A stretch of 63,931 nucleotides of DNA, counting the filler, from Reticulomyxa filosa (taxonomy: Eukaryota > Protista > Foraminifera): NCBI GenBank assembly GCA_000512085.1. It is 19 parts of 19 records of this genome, joined end to end, with 100 filler letters (N's around TTAATTAATTAA, not from the genome) between each part and the next. Parts side by side here need not be neighbours in the genome. Positions count along the whole stretch, not along the records: positions 10,886 to 14,690 come from ASPP01039281.1; positions 14,791 to 15,839 come from ASPP01009016.1; positions 15,940 to 17,892 come from ASPP01042681.1; positions 17,993 to 20,003 come from ASPP01015434.1; positions 20,104 to 27,625 come from ASPP01006713.1; 14 more parts are not named here. One strand, 5' to 3'. A program made the position numbers and the translations under genes. Shown piece after piece: positions 13,196 to 25,195 of this stretch. How positions within the stretch are numbered: position 1 is the stretch's first letter; each line of letters starts with the position of its first letter. A model generated the notes under the pieces. It had not been told where the DNA came from, ran no database searches, and saw only the letters and a list, made by a program, of their open reading frames with translations.

Positions 13196-13658
13196 CATAT
13201 ATCGATCTTTGTTTTTCACATAACTCACTTTTTGCAATCGCAACAAAATTATTTTGAGTCTCGCGCTCTCCTTCGTCTACTATCACACTGAAAAACGAAT
13301 GCGTTTTTTTATTTTTTTGTTGCTTCCGTACCTTTGACATTGTTTGGGTATCTTTTCACATTGTTTCATTTTTCTTTTTAAAACTCGGAGTCTTTCATCC
13401 CCTTTTTTTTTTTAATGCGGAAACATTGAAAAACCTTTGTTGATTTTTAAACTATCATTAGTTTGTTTGGAAATAATTTATTGATAGTTTATGTTCCCAT
13501 TGCTTAAATTTTTTTTTGTTTGGGAAAACTTTTTTGGGGGGGGGAACCCAAAGTCGGAAGTTCAACTTCGTTTGCACCAACACTTGTTTCAAAGTCTATT
13601 TTGCACTTAAATAATTTGATTCATTTAATCTTTTTCTAGAGATAAAATCTTTGTCGCC

Positions 13659-14645
13659 ATGCCACTTCAAGCAAAAGTTCGTGTGAGCAAGGGTTCGTTT
13701 GAAACCCCTCTGGCAAAGTTAACAATAAGCGGGAAGTTAGAAGATTTGGGTGAGAAGACAGTGAAGAAAGTGACCCAAAGAGCAATTGTTTTTGTGGTCG
13801 ACCGTTCAGGGGTATGTGTTTACGTGTTGAGCAATTGACATAAATATAACAAAAATATGAGTGTATAGGCAAGTGTGTTCATTTCAGTAGTAATGGGACA
13901 AAAAAAAAAACTTTTGCAAAAAAAAAAAAAAAAAAAAAAATTAGGAAACAATGGAACGGATGTGGTGAATAGTCAATGGCAGGTTCTCGTATTACAACTG
14001 TGAAAAATGCTTTGGTCCCTTTTATCTCACTCATTTGTGAAGATCCAAACGTGATCGTTTCTGTTATTTTGTTTTGTCGTTGAGTATACAAAAGAAAAGG
14101 AAAAAAAAAAACTACTTGTTGATGTACATTGTGTGTTCAAAACTGTGAATAAAAAAAAACATCGGATCAAAAAAAAAAATGTTGAATTTTTTTTGGATTA
14201 AAGACGAAGCACGTGCTCTGGACATTCCAAAGAATGAGGCCCAGGCAAAGAGTATCTTGGAAACAAACTTGACCGCCACTGGTGGTACTGACTTTCTGAT
14301 CGCGTCAACTGTATTAGTCCAAAAGGCGGAGGAGATATTGAAAAGCAATCCAACTCATCAAGTTACATTTTTAAAACAAAGCAAGCTCTAATTAAAAAAA
14401 AAAAAAAAAAAGAATTGCATTTCTCTATTCTTTTTGGTTTTTCTTTTTCGTTAGAAATGTTTTCAATTTTTTTTTAAACAAAAAACACACCCTTTACAAA
14501 ACAAAACAGTTGTCCGTAATTATGTGCTCGGACGGAGAAGTGGAGAAGCCCAATGCGCAGCAAGCACATACTCTTTGGAAAAATTTCGTCACCAAAAAAT
14601 ATGTGCAAGTTCATGGCACCGTTCCTTTTGTGGAGTCAATCGGTT
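13659..14645 (+). CDS. von Willebrand factor A domain protein, 3' partial
   Basis: ATG at 13659. Intron 13812-13972 splits the MIDAS motif VFVVDRSG|SMAG. Later exons give TATGGTDF and VIMCSDGE. Confidence 0.85.
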
Positions 14646-14790
14646 ACGTATTGTTATAAAAATTTTTTTTTCTTTATTTAAAAAAAAAAANNNNNNNNNN
14701 NNNNNNNNNNNNNNNNNNNNNNNNNNNNNNNNNNTTAATTAATTAANNNNNNNNNNNNNNNNNNNNNNNNNNNNNNNNNNNNNNNNNNNN

Positions 14791-14829
<39 letters not shown>

Positions 14830-14932
14830 TAAGTACAAATGTAATGCCAATGTCCTCCACGACAGTGACAAGCATGTAATAAAGAGAGATGGCGTTTCAT
14901 TTGGCGTACATAAGACAAGTGGCAATAGCACA

Positions 14933-15625
14933 TTGCATGGCAAGACATTGATGAACAAACACGATTGGCAAGGGCCAATCACCATGTACTTTGCATCACT
15001 CGACGCTAGTAGAGGTATTACTACCAATACAAACACGAACACGAATATGAATACGAATATGAATATGAATATGAATATGAATATGGATATGAATATGAAT
15101 ATGAATATGAATCTGAATATGAGTGTGGACATGCATAAGAACCATAATAGTAATAGTCATAGTCATGGCCATGGTCATAGTCATCATTCGAACAGCAGTC
15201 GCAAAACTCATTTTCCTTATCCCATCTTTGAACGCAAGAATAAGAATAATCCACACCCAGAGGGATTTCCTGTGGACGCAGGATTTGAGACCGCAAAGAG
15301 TGCCTTTTGGTTTGCTCCTCAACGCTGGAGTGGACTGACTAATGAACAATATGCCATCGTCAGCGCGAAAGACACAAAATGGCAAAAAGACTGTGACATT
15401 GTTCTGAAAACAGATCTGCGCAAGTACCGCGATGCCATTTACAATGGCCAGTCTGACGTCATGTCCGATTTCATCAAGCGATACATCACCATGGCACCGC
15501 CGGTATATTTCGCTTGTGTGTCTCTTCCCTATTCCGATCGTGTCACCACCCCGTTTCATCTCGCTGTTCGTCGCGGGCACTTGCATGTTGTCAAGGATAT
15601 TTTCAAGTTGTTCCAACAGCAGTTT
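14933..15625 (+). CDS. Internal fragment of an ankyrin-repeat protein with an (NM)n tract
   Basis: TTPFHLAVRRGHLHVVKDIF matches the ankyrin consensus. Both ends run into microsatellites. Confidence 0.6.
15025..15122 (+). repeat. Coding hexamer microsatellite (AACACG/AATATG)n
   Basis: Tandem hexamers translating to NTNT..NMNMNM. Confidence 0.9.
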
Positions 15626-15939
15626 ATTTGGGCCAAATGCTGGCCGTCGTGTTTTCAATTACCCAAGAGGATGATGATTATAATCACAATTACAATCACA
15701 ATCACAATCACAATCAAACCCACAATCATAATTATAAATATAATCAAAGTCACAATAACAATAATAATAACAATAATAATAACAATAAATAATAACAATA
15801 ATAAATAAATAATAAATAAATAAAGCAAACAATGACCATNNNNNNNNNNNNNNNNNNNNNNNNNNNNNNNNNNNNNNNNNNNNTTAATTAATTAANNNNN
15901 NNNNNNNNNNNNNNNNNNNNNNNNNNNNNNNNNNNNNNN

Positions 15940-17700
15940 TGTCCCAGTTCAATTGAGGACATCTTTCTTCAACTATTCCAATGACATCACATGATGGATA
16001 TTTTCAAAATGCGAAACTCATCCACTCTAGTCGCCCTTATGATGAAGGATACACATTGACATTGGATAACAGCCGTTCTTAGAAATTTGTGCATTCGTCA
16101 CAATGCATCCATTCAATAATATTTGGATGAGCGATTCAAGGATGGAGTTAGTGCAATTCCTATTTTGTTCTTCATTGTTTGACGTATTCGCTCTTGGCTT
16201 TCTTGACGTTCTGAGTGCCATGTTCAACGATTTTTGAGCTCACTACGCGATTCAAGATTTAAAACACGTCTATTCGAATTCAACTCAACTTGGCGACTTG
16301 CACTTCATTGTCCTCCAAGTACTGTAATAGTGCAACCAATACAAAGTATTGAGTCGCATCCAACACGCCTTCTGTGGCTCACAGTCGATATGGAGACCAT
16401 AACTGCAAGAGTATAGTGCATTGCGTCTGTCGAATAAGTGACCATCATCTTTGCCGAACTGAACCAGTTTTCTCTATCTCTTTTCACAATCATTAATACT
16501 CGCGCTCTCACTATTTCTCACACCAGCAGCACACGGGCGACTAAAAAACCAATGTTGCGAATGTGCGTACGCTTACGACCAGTTTCGACACGAGTAGTTA
16601 GCGCTGTTTTTATAACAATCTCGCTTCCCTTGCTCGCTGGAACATGGAAATCGCAGCTCAATTTCCTATTTGCGGATAAGTGTTGGAGTGACACATCACC
16701 AGAGACTTGTGTGCAAATATGTTGATGGTCACGTTCGTTCCAATTGTTCGCTTTACCACTGCAAAGCATTTCCACACTTCTTCACTGTCTTTGGTCGGCA
16801 CACCTTCTATTGAAAGGTAGTGTAACACAAAGTCTTCACTCGCGGGCGTGAAGAGCCATACATAACCATACTTAGAAAATCTAGAGACTGTTTTTTTTTT
16901 AACGACCTAACGCGCAATTCTTTCTTCATCCACGTCCTTCTCATCATCTTCCTCATATTTATCTCCTTTACTGGCAACATCTCCACGGAGTTTCGCACAA
17001 CTTCAACCAAGTTGAACCACTTCATATGGAACATTCTCCCAATTATCAACTTTCTCGCTTACGATGAGTAAGTTTTTACTAACGGTTTCCGCATTCTTTG
17101 CTTCATCGAATTCCACTTTTCTCTGCAGTCGTTGCGACATATCTTTTCTACTTTGCGCGTATCGTAGCATCTTTCTTTTTTCTTCTTGGTGAGTTCTTTC
17201 GTCGTCTAGCTGCCCAAGACCCAACTTTCTGGTATTTGACTGTGAAATTCTTGCCCAATTGTTCAATGATAGCGGATGGACTTTGTACTTGAAAAAAATA
17301 TCCATTTGATGATAGACACATTTGCGCGAGTATTTCTAGTACGACCAAGTTTGGACTGGCACTTTGATGACTGAATAAAATTTTTTTTTCATTCTTAGGC
17401 GTATTTGTTGCGAACGATTTTCCGATCAGCTTATGCACATATCAAACGCAAAGTTGCGAATGTGCGTACGCACACGACGTTTCGCTTATTCATGGATTTA
17501 TAAAATTAGAGTGGCTCCCATGACGACGGAGTTTCACTCCAACAATTATTTGAAGAGATTTGTGAGCCAAAATTGATTGCAATAAGTTTTCCAATGTCCA
17601 TTGGAGGGCGCTATTTGAAGTTAGTTCACGCCCGCGAGTGTCGACTTTGCGCATTCCAAGAAATAAAGCGCAATTCACATAACAAACTCGAAAAGCATGC
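15940..17700 (-). pseudogene. Decayed intronless coding-like sequence, possibly a mobile element relic
   Basis: CpG-rich, no simple-repeat introns, a chain of short ORFs in shifting frames, abutting a tandem array. No transposase or RT motif recognised. Confidence 0.35.
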
Positions 17701-17717
17701 AGCCTTCTTCATTATTC

Positions 17718-17892
17718 TTTTTCCCAACGCTTTTTTCACAACAATTTTTTCCCAATGATATTTTCCCAATGACTTTTTCCCAATGATTTTTTCCCAACTC
17801 TTTTTTCCCAATGATTTTCACAATGATTTTTTCCCAATGATTTTTTCACAATGACTTTTTCCCAATGATATTTTCCCAATGACTTTTTCCCA
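17718..17892. repeat. Minisatellite, ~13 copies of a 12-15 nt unit TTTTTCCCAATGAY
   Basis: Directly visible, with CCCAA/CACAA variants; runs into the contig end. Confidence 0.9.
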
Positions 17893-18144
17893 NNNNNNNN
17901 NNNNNNNNNNNNNNNNNNNNNNNNNNNNNNNNNNNNTTAATTAATTAANNNNNNNNNNNNNNNNNNNNNNNNNNNNNNNNNNNNNNNNNNNNAGATGACC
18001 ACAAGAACAGACAATAGTTAACTGCTGGATCATTTTTTAAGTTAAACACAGCAAATAAATACGATATATTTTTTATTAAATTGTGTCAAATATATTAGCT
18101 ACCTTTTTTCAAGTGCTTTTTTTTTTTTGTGTATATATCATAGA

Positions 18145-19500
18145 ATGCTGAGACTTTTGCAACAAGTGGTAAACATAGATAGGGAATTAAGAAATTGTGC
18201 TGAACAAATAAAACAGTTGAAAGCATTCATTAAAGAAAAACGTGAAGCCCAAAGTTAAGTTTTTGAAACTTGTAATTTGTCCAAATGCAATTTTGGAAAT
18301 AATTGTATGCTAATAATAAACAAAAGATGGACAAGTATTAAAAAACTATTCAGAAAGCAAGCAACCCGAAAGATCAGAAAAAGGGTTAAAAGCAAGAATG
18401 ATATTGAAAGGTCATTTCGGTAAAGTATATGGCATTGATTGGCACACTGATAATACACATTTGCTGTCCGTCTCTCAAGATGGAAAGTTGATAGTTTTGT
18501 TTATTTTTTGAAAAAGTAATGATAATATTTTCATTTGTATGTTTATCATTATATATGTACATATATACATTTATATATATATATATATATAGATATGGGA
18601 TACATCCACTGCGAAAAGAAGAGGAGCTGTTTCATTGTGGACAAGTCATACAATGACATGTGCATTTTCTCCAAGTGGAAATCTGACAGCTTCAGGAGGA
18701 TTAGATAATATATGTACTCTTACTGATATTTCGGAAATGTATAAACCTGAATCAAAATCAATATTTAAAAAAAATGAATGGAGAGAAAAAAGTAAAACAA
18801 TATGCGAATTAAGGGGACACGAAGGATATTTGAGCTGTTGTAAATTCGTTGATGAAAATACCATTATTACAACTTCTGGAGATTCAACTGCTATTCATTG
18901 GGACATTGAAAGAAAATGTATTTTGAATATCTTTTTAGGACATCGGAATGATGTTATGTCAGTATGTGTTGATCGATCAAGTCATTTGTTTGTTACTGCA
19001 TCTACTGATGCAACTGCTAAAGTGTGGGATTACAGAATTCCCAAACGATATGTTCTTGATTTTGATGGATATCATACAAATGATATCAATTGGTAATTTC
19101 GTGTATATTTTTGCGAATAGATTAAAATGAAGATATTGACAATTTTTTTTTTTTTTTTTTTTTTTCAAACAGTGCTGAATTTTTCCCAAATAAACGATCT
19201 TTTGTAACTGGATCTGATGACTCCAGTTGTAGATTGTTTGACTTACGTTCTTATCAACAATTGGCTATTTATCAAAAAGAAATGCAACATTCAATTTGGT
19301 CGGTTGATGTTTCTGTATCGGGATATTCTTTGTTTGCTGCATATGATACAGGAAATGTGGTATTTGCATGGAATACTATTAATGCAGAAGTAGATTATTC
19401 GTTGCAACATCCACAACGACCCTCTCGTTTGAAACTACCTCAAAATGGAACTGTCGTTGCTACTGCATGTTGGGATCATATTGTTCGTATTTGGTCATAA
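18145..19500 (+). CDS. GNB: Heterotrimeric G protein beta subunit, divergent, 4 exons
   Basis: N-terminal coiled coil, then LKGHFGKVY..SQDGKLI|IWD, MTCAFSPSG..GGLDNIC, GHEGYLSCC, TTSGD, GSDDSSCRLFDLR, WDHIVRIWS*. Confidence 0.92.
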
Positions 19501-19950
19501 AGACCAAATCATTCAGTCCATCAAAGTTTTAAAAAAAAAACCGATATTTCATTTCAAATGCTTTTTTTCTCCCAAAGAAAAAAGCTATCTTCAAATTCTA
19601 AAAAAAATGTGTAGCGATCTAATAAAAGCTTTTTTTTTTTTTCTTAAGAATGAAAAATGTGTAAAATTGTGCCACTTCTCTAGACCAGCACAAATGTTTC
19701 GTTTACAAACGCAATGTTTGTAACCTTTTTTGGTGCAATTGACAAATAAACTTCATTGATCATCTAAATTCGCTTCTTTTTCAAATTGTATGATGACTTG
19801 ATCATTCTTAGAAGTTGGATACTTGTGCGTTATATCTGTATAATTATGGAGAATATTATCTTTCTCACAAATTCCAAACGAAAAAAGAAAACTAAAATAC
19901 TTTCAAAATAAAATAATTTTCAGTCGTATTTCTCATTTACATACTTGTTA

Positions 19951-19991
19951 CAGGAAAACTTTTGGGCACGACGGACGTCGAGGGTCCACTG
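19951..19991. mobile_element. pogo/Tigger-like terminal remnant
   Basis: TA|CAGG...CGAGGGTCCACTG|TA. The right end read inward is TA-CAGTGGACCCTCG, resembling pogo-type TIRs with a TA target site. Confidence 0.35.
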
Positions 19992-20317
19992 TATTGTCAA
20001 AAANNNNNNNNNNNNNNNNNNNNNNNNNNNNNNNNNNNNNNNNNNNNTTAATTAATTAANNNNNNNNNNNNNNNNNNNNNNNNNNNNNNNNNNNNNNNNN
20101 NNNAAAAATTTAGTTAAACAAAAACAGAAGAAAAAAAAAAGCAAGTGCTAACAAACACCATTGGTAACTTTACAAGCAACATACTAACATGCAGGAGTCG
20201 AATAATTAAAAAGACTCTCAACAAATTTATACAAATTAACAAAAATTACAAGCAATAAGGATAAAACGAAAATAATCAAGTTTTTTTTATTAACAATTTT
20301 TTTTTACTTTTTTTTCA

Positions 20318-21393
20318 GTCGATAGGTTCATTGTTGTTATGATTTGTATTTGATTCTGTTGTCAATCCTTTGTTGTCATTTTCTTGCGATGTTCCTGCTG
20401 TTTCACTGATAGTTTGAGAGTTTTCTTCATCTATTTCTGCTATTGCTTATTTTTCATTGTCTAAGCTTTCATTTGAGCAATGTTCATGCGCGTTCGTTGT
20501 TGAAGCTCTGGTTTTTAGTTGTTTTGGAAGACTTGGAGCTACTTGAATATTCTTGTCGTTTAGCCCATTTTGTGTAGCAATTCAACGTATCATTATCAAA
20601 CAACTTTTTCAAGTTTTGACTCCATCTTTGACATCGCTGTCGCATACGGAAGAGGCGACTTTGGAGTCTGCGTCTTCGGAGCGCAGTCGGCTCTGCTAAA
20701 TGCTGTACAATAAGTAGTCGAGTAGTATTTGACAAATGGCGCTCACATGATCACACTTTTCACTGGCGACCGAGTGTTAAAAAAGTATTTTGAAAAGGAT
20801 ATTGTACAAGTCTGGATTACACTGTGCGTTTTCTGTAGTTTCTGTTGTTTGGAGCTTTTTTTTCTAATGCACCACACTATTGCGGTTTGGTTCTAGCACG
20901 TAAGCCTTCATTTTTTTTCTTCCACTCCTATAACAACAATGAGAATATATGTATATAATATTTTTGTATTAAAAAAAAAAACATTCAGCCAACATTAGCC
21001 AAAATATCAAAAATTTGAACATCAGCGATTTCACCGATCTTGCACAATTCGAGAGCTCTTTTTCCACGTACGACGGTAAACAAGGCCAGAAACATGGAGT
21101 CGAGCAACTCCTCATCATCGTTCGAAGAAGTAGTTGACGCTCTCCTTGCGGACGATAATGAACGCCATGCTATATATACTCGGGTCTCCATTTCATCACA
21201 ATCTGTTATATACACACAAATAAAAATTATAAAATAGTTATTATTATTATGTATCATTACTATTGTTATTATGTTATTGAATTGTTCACACAACTAAAAA
21301 AGTTTCAATGGCTTTGCGTTCATCCAAGGGCCAATTTTTGCGAATGTTAATGTTTTCTTTTTGTCTTGCTTGTCGTTTTCGTGTTCTTTCCAT
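20318..21393 (-). pseudogene. Intron-containing pseudogene of an unknown protein
   Basis: MERTRKRQARQ.. and DCDEMETRVY..ILANV exons. The last exon needs frameshifts and contains several TAA/TAG/TGA stops. Confidence 0.5.
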
Positions 21394-21790
21394 GCTCGCT
21401 CATACGAACGAACCTAAACCTGGATACGAGGGAAACAAAGAGTAAAGAGAGTCATCTTCAGCAAAAAAGTAATTCATTGCTTTTGAAATTGGAAAAAAAA
21501 AAGGCTAAGAGTTTTCGGATAGAGACAAGTGTTCGACAAAAAAATTCCTTCCGAAATTGTATAGAAAAGCTTTTGAAAAAAAATTTTCATTAATGAAATA
21601 TCTTTTTTAACAAAATTAATAATAGTAAGTTAAAATTTTTGTGCAAGATTTGTAAGTACTTCTACTATATATTAAGAAAACTATTGAACGAAAACTAACT
21701 CCAAAAAAAGGGCCAAAAGGAAAGAAAACCAAAACTCTCATTTGTGTTTTATCACTTAAACTTAAACAACTCTTGTTAAAACTCTAAGAA

Positions 21791-22221
21791 GTGTTGGTGA
21801 AATATCAAGTAAAAGATATTCCTAAAAAAGGAAAAGGTTTGGTTGCAGCACAAGCAACCAAAAAAGGCACACAAATATTGAAGGAAGAGCTTATGACAGC
21901 AATCAGAGAACACGTTCCAGATATGAATAAAGAGAAAGTTATGGAATTCATATCCAACCTTTATACCGGCAACGATGGAAAACAGTTTATCCTTGCGTAT
22001 GAAATTGATGATTCACAATTTCAACCAGTTTTGTTCACACGATATTTCGCTTTTTTTTTTTTTGGCCCACACATGTTTATACAATTAATTTGATATTTTT
22101 TTGTTGTCCCCCACAGCTCACGAACATAGACAAATTTTGGCACGCATATTTGCGTTTCCTGACTGGCTGATGGAAATTAAAAAAGAATTCGGAGTGGACA
22201 ATCATAGAAGGATAGGACTAG
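21791..22221 (+). pseudogene. SET-domain gene, deleted duplicate
   Basis: KGKGLVA..KKGT is a SET N-terminal motif. Nearly identical to the 27.2-27.6 kb copy but has a frameshift before FNH and lacks the DIKEGEELLINY segment. Confidence 0.8.
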
Positions 22222-23614
22222 GTATAATTTTTCAAAGTTTTTTTTTTTAAACGTATAATTAGTTTTGGGGGGGGGGAAAACAAAACACTTGTGGGGACCA
22301 CTTGAAGTGGCTTATATATAAATTAAAAATAAAAATTAATTTATATATGGATGTGTATGAATAATCGCAGTTTAGTCAAGATGCTTTTATTTACACATAG
22401 ACATATATTTTTTATTTTTATTTTTATTTTATATATTCGGCACCTCGAGTTTCTCGAGGTCCGCCTCGTGTTTTGTTTGTGTTTTTGTTAATGAAAAGTC
22501 TTAGGCGCCTGCAATTAGTTTTTGGACTGTTTGAATGATTGAATGCAAATGCTGCAGAACAAAGAAAATAATCAAGACCAATTGTGTGAAGGGTGATGGA
22601 TTTCAATTTTGTTTCTATGCTGTGTGCAACATTGAACTATTTTTGTTGCGATTGATTGTGTGTTGCATGATTATTTAAAATTATAATGAAAAAAAAAATT
22701 TTCTCAGCTAATAAATAATAAAATGTCTTCTTTTTTTTAGAAAAAAATATCCAGTATTCAGGACTGTTCTATTATATGAAACAATCTTTAACGACATAAA
22801 AAACTTGTTTGAAAAAGGACCAATATTGATGGAATGTTGATAATCCCTTTTTTTAAAAAAGCAATGCTCTAAAAAATTTTTGATCATAGTAAGCTAAGCT
22901 TTTTTCTTGGATACTTTTCGAACTTCTTTTATCATTGAAATGCGTTCACGCGTCAGCATCCTGTTTGACGAATTGTTATGAATATCAAAGAATTACAACT
23001 TTCTACAAAACAAAAATCACCTAAAAGAATTTCACAAACATTTGAAATTTTTATTAGTGTTATATGAACATAAAAATTTAAAACAGAAAAATCAATTTTA
23101 TTGTGATTTGTGCCCAAGTAGTAAAAAGGAAAATTTGACTAGAGTAACTGTTCATTGTTTTTCAATTTAAAGAAGAAAATTTATTTGAGATAGGCGTGGC
23201 CTCAACCATCGCGTTCAATATGAGACGAAGGAGACCTTGCAAACGAAAAAAAACGTTTTTAAAAAAATTTTTTGTGGGATATTTTTTTGAAGCGCATTAC
23301 CCTTTTTTAAGAAACAGCAAATGATATTTCCATGACTTGACGTGAAAACTAAGAAAGTACTAAAAAAGATTAGAAGCTCATGTATTTGAAAGAAAAGTAC
23401 CAAAATCTTTTAAAAGTCAAAAATTTGACCGGCTATTAAAATTTTGCAGATTTTCACAATTTTTTTATTCGGTCACATTATTGGTCACAAGAATTTTTTG
23501 TAAATTACAAATATTTGTTTTTTTTGTGTTTCTTTAGTATGAGTTCGTTCTGCCGTCCTGTCCCCTTCTTTACAAGCAAGCCTTTTGCATTTTTCACCTT
23601 TCATTGTTGTCGAT

Positions 23615-24719
23615 ATGTCAAAGAAGTTACAAGCCAAGAAGCGAACGCTGAAAGAAAGTAATGAACCAGTCGTATCGTCACATGAAGCCGAAAAAGCTGA
23701 AGAAAAAGAGGACAAAACAAAAAACGAGGTAGCTGCATCTGAAAAACTGGAAAGTCCTGCAAAAAAGGCTAGACTGATCGGCAAAGAAAAAGAAAAAGCG
23801 GAAGCCGACAACATTGAATCCTCAAAACCGACTTCTTCGGTTGGAAGGAAGTGGTTCTTTGAAAACGCGAAGGATTGGGAGATATCGATTGGCGACAACA
23901 AATTGTCCCTGAAGCCGAGGCATTTCAATTCGGGAACAGGTATTAAAATTTTTCCTTTTTTTAAAAAAATTGGTTGCAAATTTTTTTTTATTATTATTAA
24001 CGGAGAAAATGAGGTTAAAAAGAGATATCTGTGTTTTTCACCCAATCAAAAAAAAAGTTGGTTGGTATCAGCACAGTAAAATAAATGTAACGGTGGACGG
24101 TAAACCTTTCAAAGTACAGTGTAACCTGGTAGTGACAGTAAATCACTCACAAAAGTGGCCCGAAGATGGATTTGAAAAAGCAGACGAAAAGGCAGACGAA
24201 GCCGAAGCAAGTTCGGTCACAAAAGGACAATCGACCACAAGTGAAATGGATAAACAGGATTTTATTGAAAAAGCAGAAGCGCTAACTGTTAGTGGTTTCC
24301 ACAAAGATGTTTCTCTTCAACCAAAGGTGTTTAGAACAGAAAGTTACGTTGACGTTTACTCGAGAACGCGTACATTAAATAACAGTGTCACTTTGATTGA
24401 GTAGTTTTTGTTTGGTTGTCTATTGATCTTGTTGGGCATTACAGACGTGGGATGGTTTGGAATCAGTTCTGTTTTCAATACTGTTGATGGCACGAAATTG
24501 ACTTGTAAGTTTATTTTCAATTTGGTGATCCCAAACTCGAAAAAATGGCCTGGAGAGGCAGCCGAGAAAGCCAAAAAAACAAAGAAAAACAAAGAAGCAG
24601 AAAAAACCGATGAGGATGAGGAAGATGATGAATCTAATGAGTCCAATGAGGACGATGAAGACGATGAATATAATGAAGAAGATGATAAGTCTGATGAAGA
24701 TGATGAGTCAGACAACTAA
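23615..24719 (+). CDS. Unknown putative nuclear protein: basic N-terminus, two ~70-aa repeats, acidic tail
   Basis: ATG at 23615. Introns 23940-24057 and 24343-24444 splice in phase. PAKKAR is NLS-like; the D/E tail is ~40 aa. Confidence 0.85.
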
Positions 24720-25195
24720 GGAAAGTAACAAGGGGGCGACCTCAAACATAATATTTTTTTGTAATAATAAACTTATTTTTGGGAATGTTATTGTTTTATG
24801 AATGTGAGTGGTCTTAAGAAATATTTTTGAAATTTTTAAATGGACGTTTTGATTAATCCAAATTAATGTTTTCATCACTATTCAAACAGATCCCCTTTTA
24901 AAAAAAACCTTTTGATTAATTTTTGTGCGACCAGGCTTTTATTGTTCCAGACTGGACAAGAGATGTTAATAATAGATAGCTTATCTTGATGCGTGTCAAT
25001 AAAAATGAGGATCAAAAAAATACATTAACGTAACCATAATCCAAAAAATAAATCTTTTCAAGGGAATTAATCCAAAAAAGGGGCAATGATTCATACTACA
25101 AACTTGAGATATATCATCTGCCACAAGTTACAAAACAAAATTAAAAGACGTGCCTAGTGAGGTAACTTGATTCGATGTGTGATTCCGGGGAGACA

